A stretch of DNA of 62,854 nucleotides, counting the filler, from Squatina squatina (taxonomy: Eukaryota): NCBI GenBank assembly GCA_031763465.1. It is 4 parts of 4 records of this genome, joined end to end, with 100 filler letters (N's around TTAATTAATTAA, not from the genome) between each part and the next. Parts side by side here need not be neighbours in the genome. Positions count along the whole stretch, not along the records: positions 50,312 to 62,854 come from JARFOE010000016.1; 3 more parts are not named here. One strand, 5' to 3'. The position numbers and the translations under genes are program-made. The notes beneath the pieces are model-generated. The model was not told where the DNA came from and did no database searches. It saw nothing but the letters and a program-made list of their open reading frames with translations. Each line of letters begins with the position of its first letter. Position 1 is the stretch's first letter. Shown here piece by piece: positions 62,727 through 62,854 of the stretch.

Positions 62727-62854
62727 TGAACCTCAGGGACCAACACCAAACCAGTTAGATCAACTACTAATTCCACATTGACTCAATGAGCTCACAGCGA
62801 ATGCTAACAAATGGAATGTCCCTGGGCTGAGGAACGGGGAATAAAAAAAAGTCA

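Overview
Eukaryotic (vertebrate) DNA, most likely an elasmobranch (shark/ray), judged from CR1/HER1-type LINE tails, Deu-domain SINEs and exon divergence from human. It is a gappy draft of four unrelated scaffolds joined by artificial N44-TTAATTAATTAA-N44 spacers. Segment A (1-20502) carries STAG2 (-), XIAP (-) and THOC2 (+) exons in the human Xq25 order. Segment B (20603-35008) has no recognisable exon. Segment C (35109-50211) has a RAD23A exon and a truncated NFIX exon 2 (human 19p13 order). Segment D (50312-62854) has two SLC9A5/NHE5 exons and a Solo-domain exon assigned to PLEKHG4 by synteny (human 16q22 order). Repeats include RTE, CR1 and L2 LINE fragments, Penelope-like and Harbinger-like relics, and two hairpin-unit minisatellites. 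There are no CRISPR arrays or prokaryotic systems, and I cannot support a new biological system. The best leads are: a degenerate P-superfamily transposase fragment beside a CpG-rich block that may be foreign; four STAG2 exons fused without introns in situ (probably a transcript-read patch); a GC-AG intron in SLC9A5; and a Solo domain retained in PLEKHG4. Gene calls rest on my recall of the human proteins; no searches were run.
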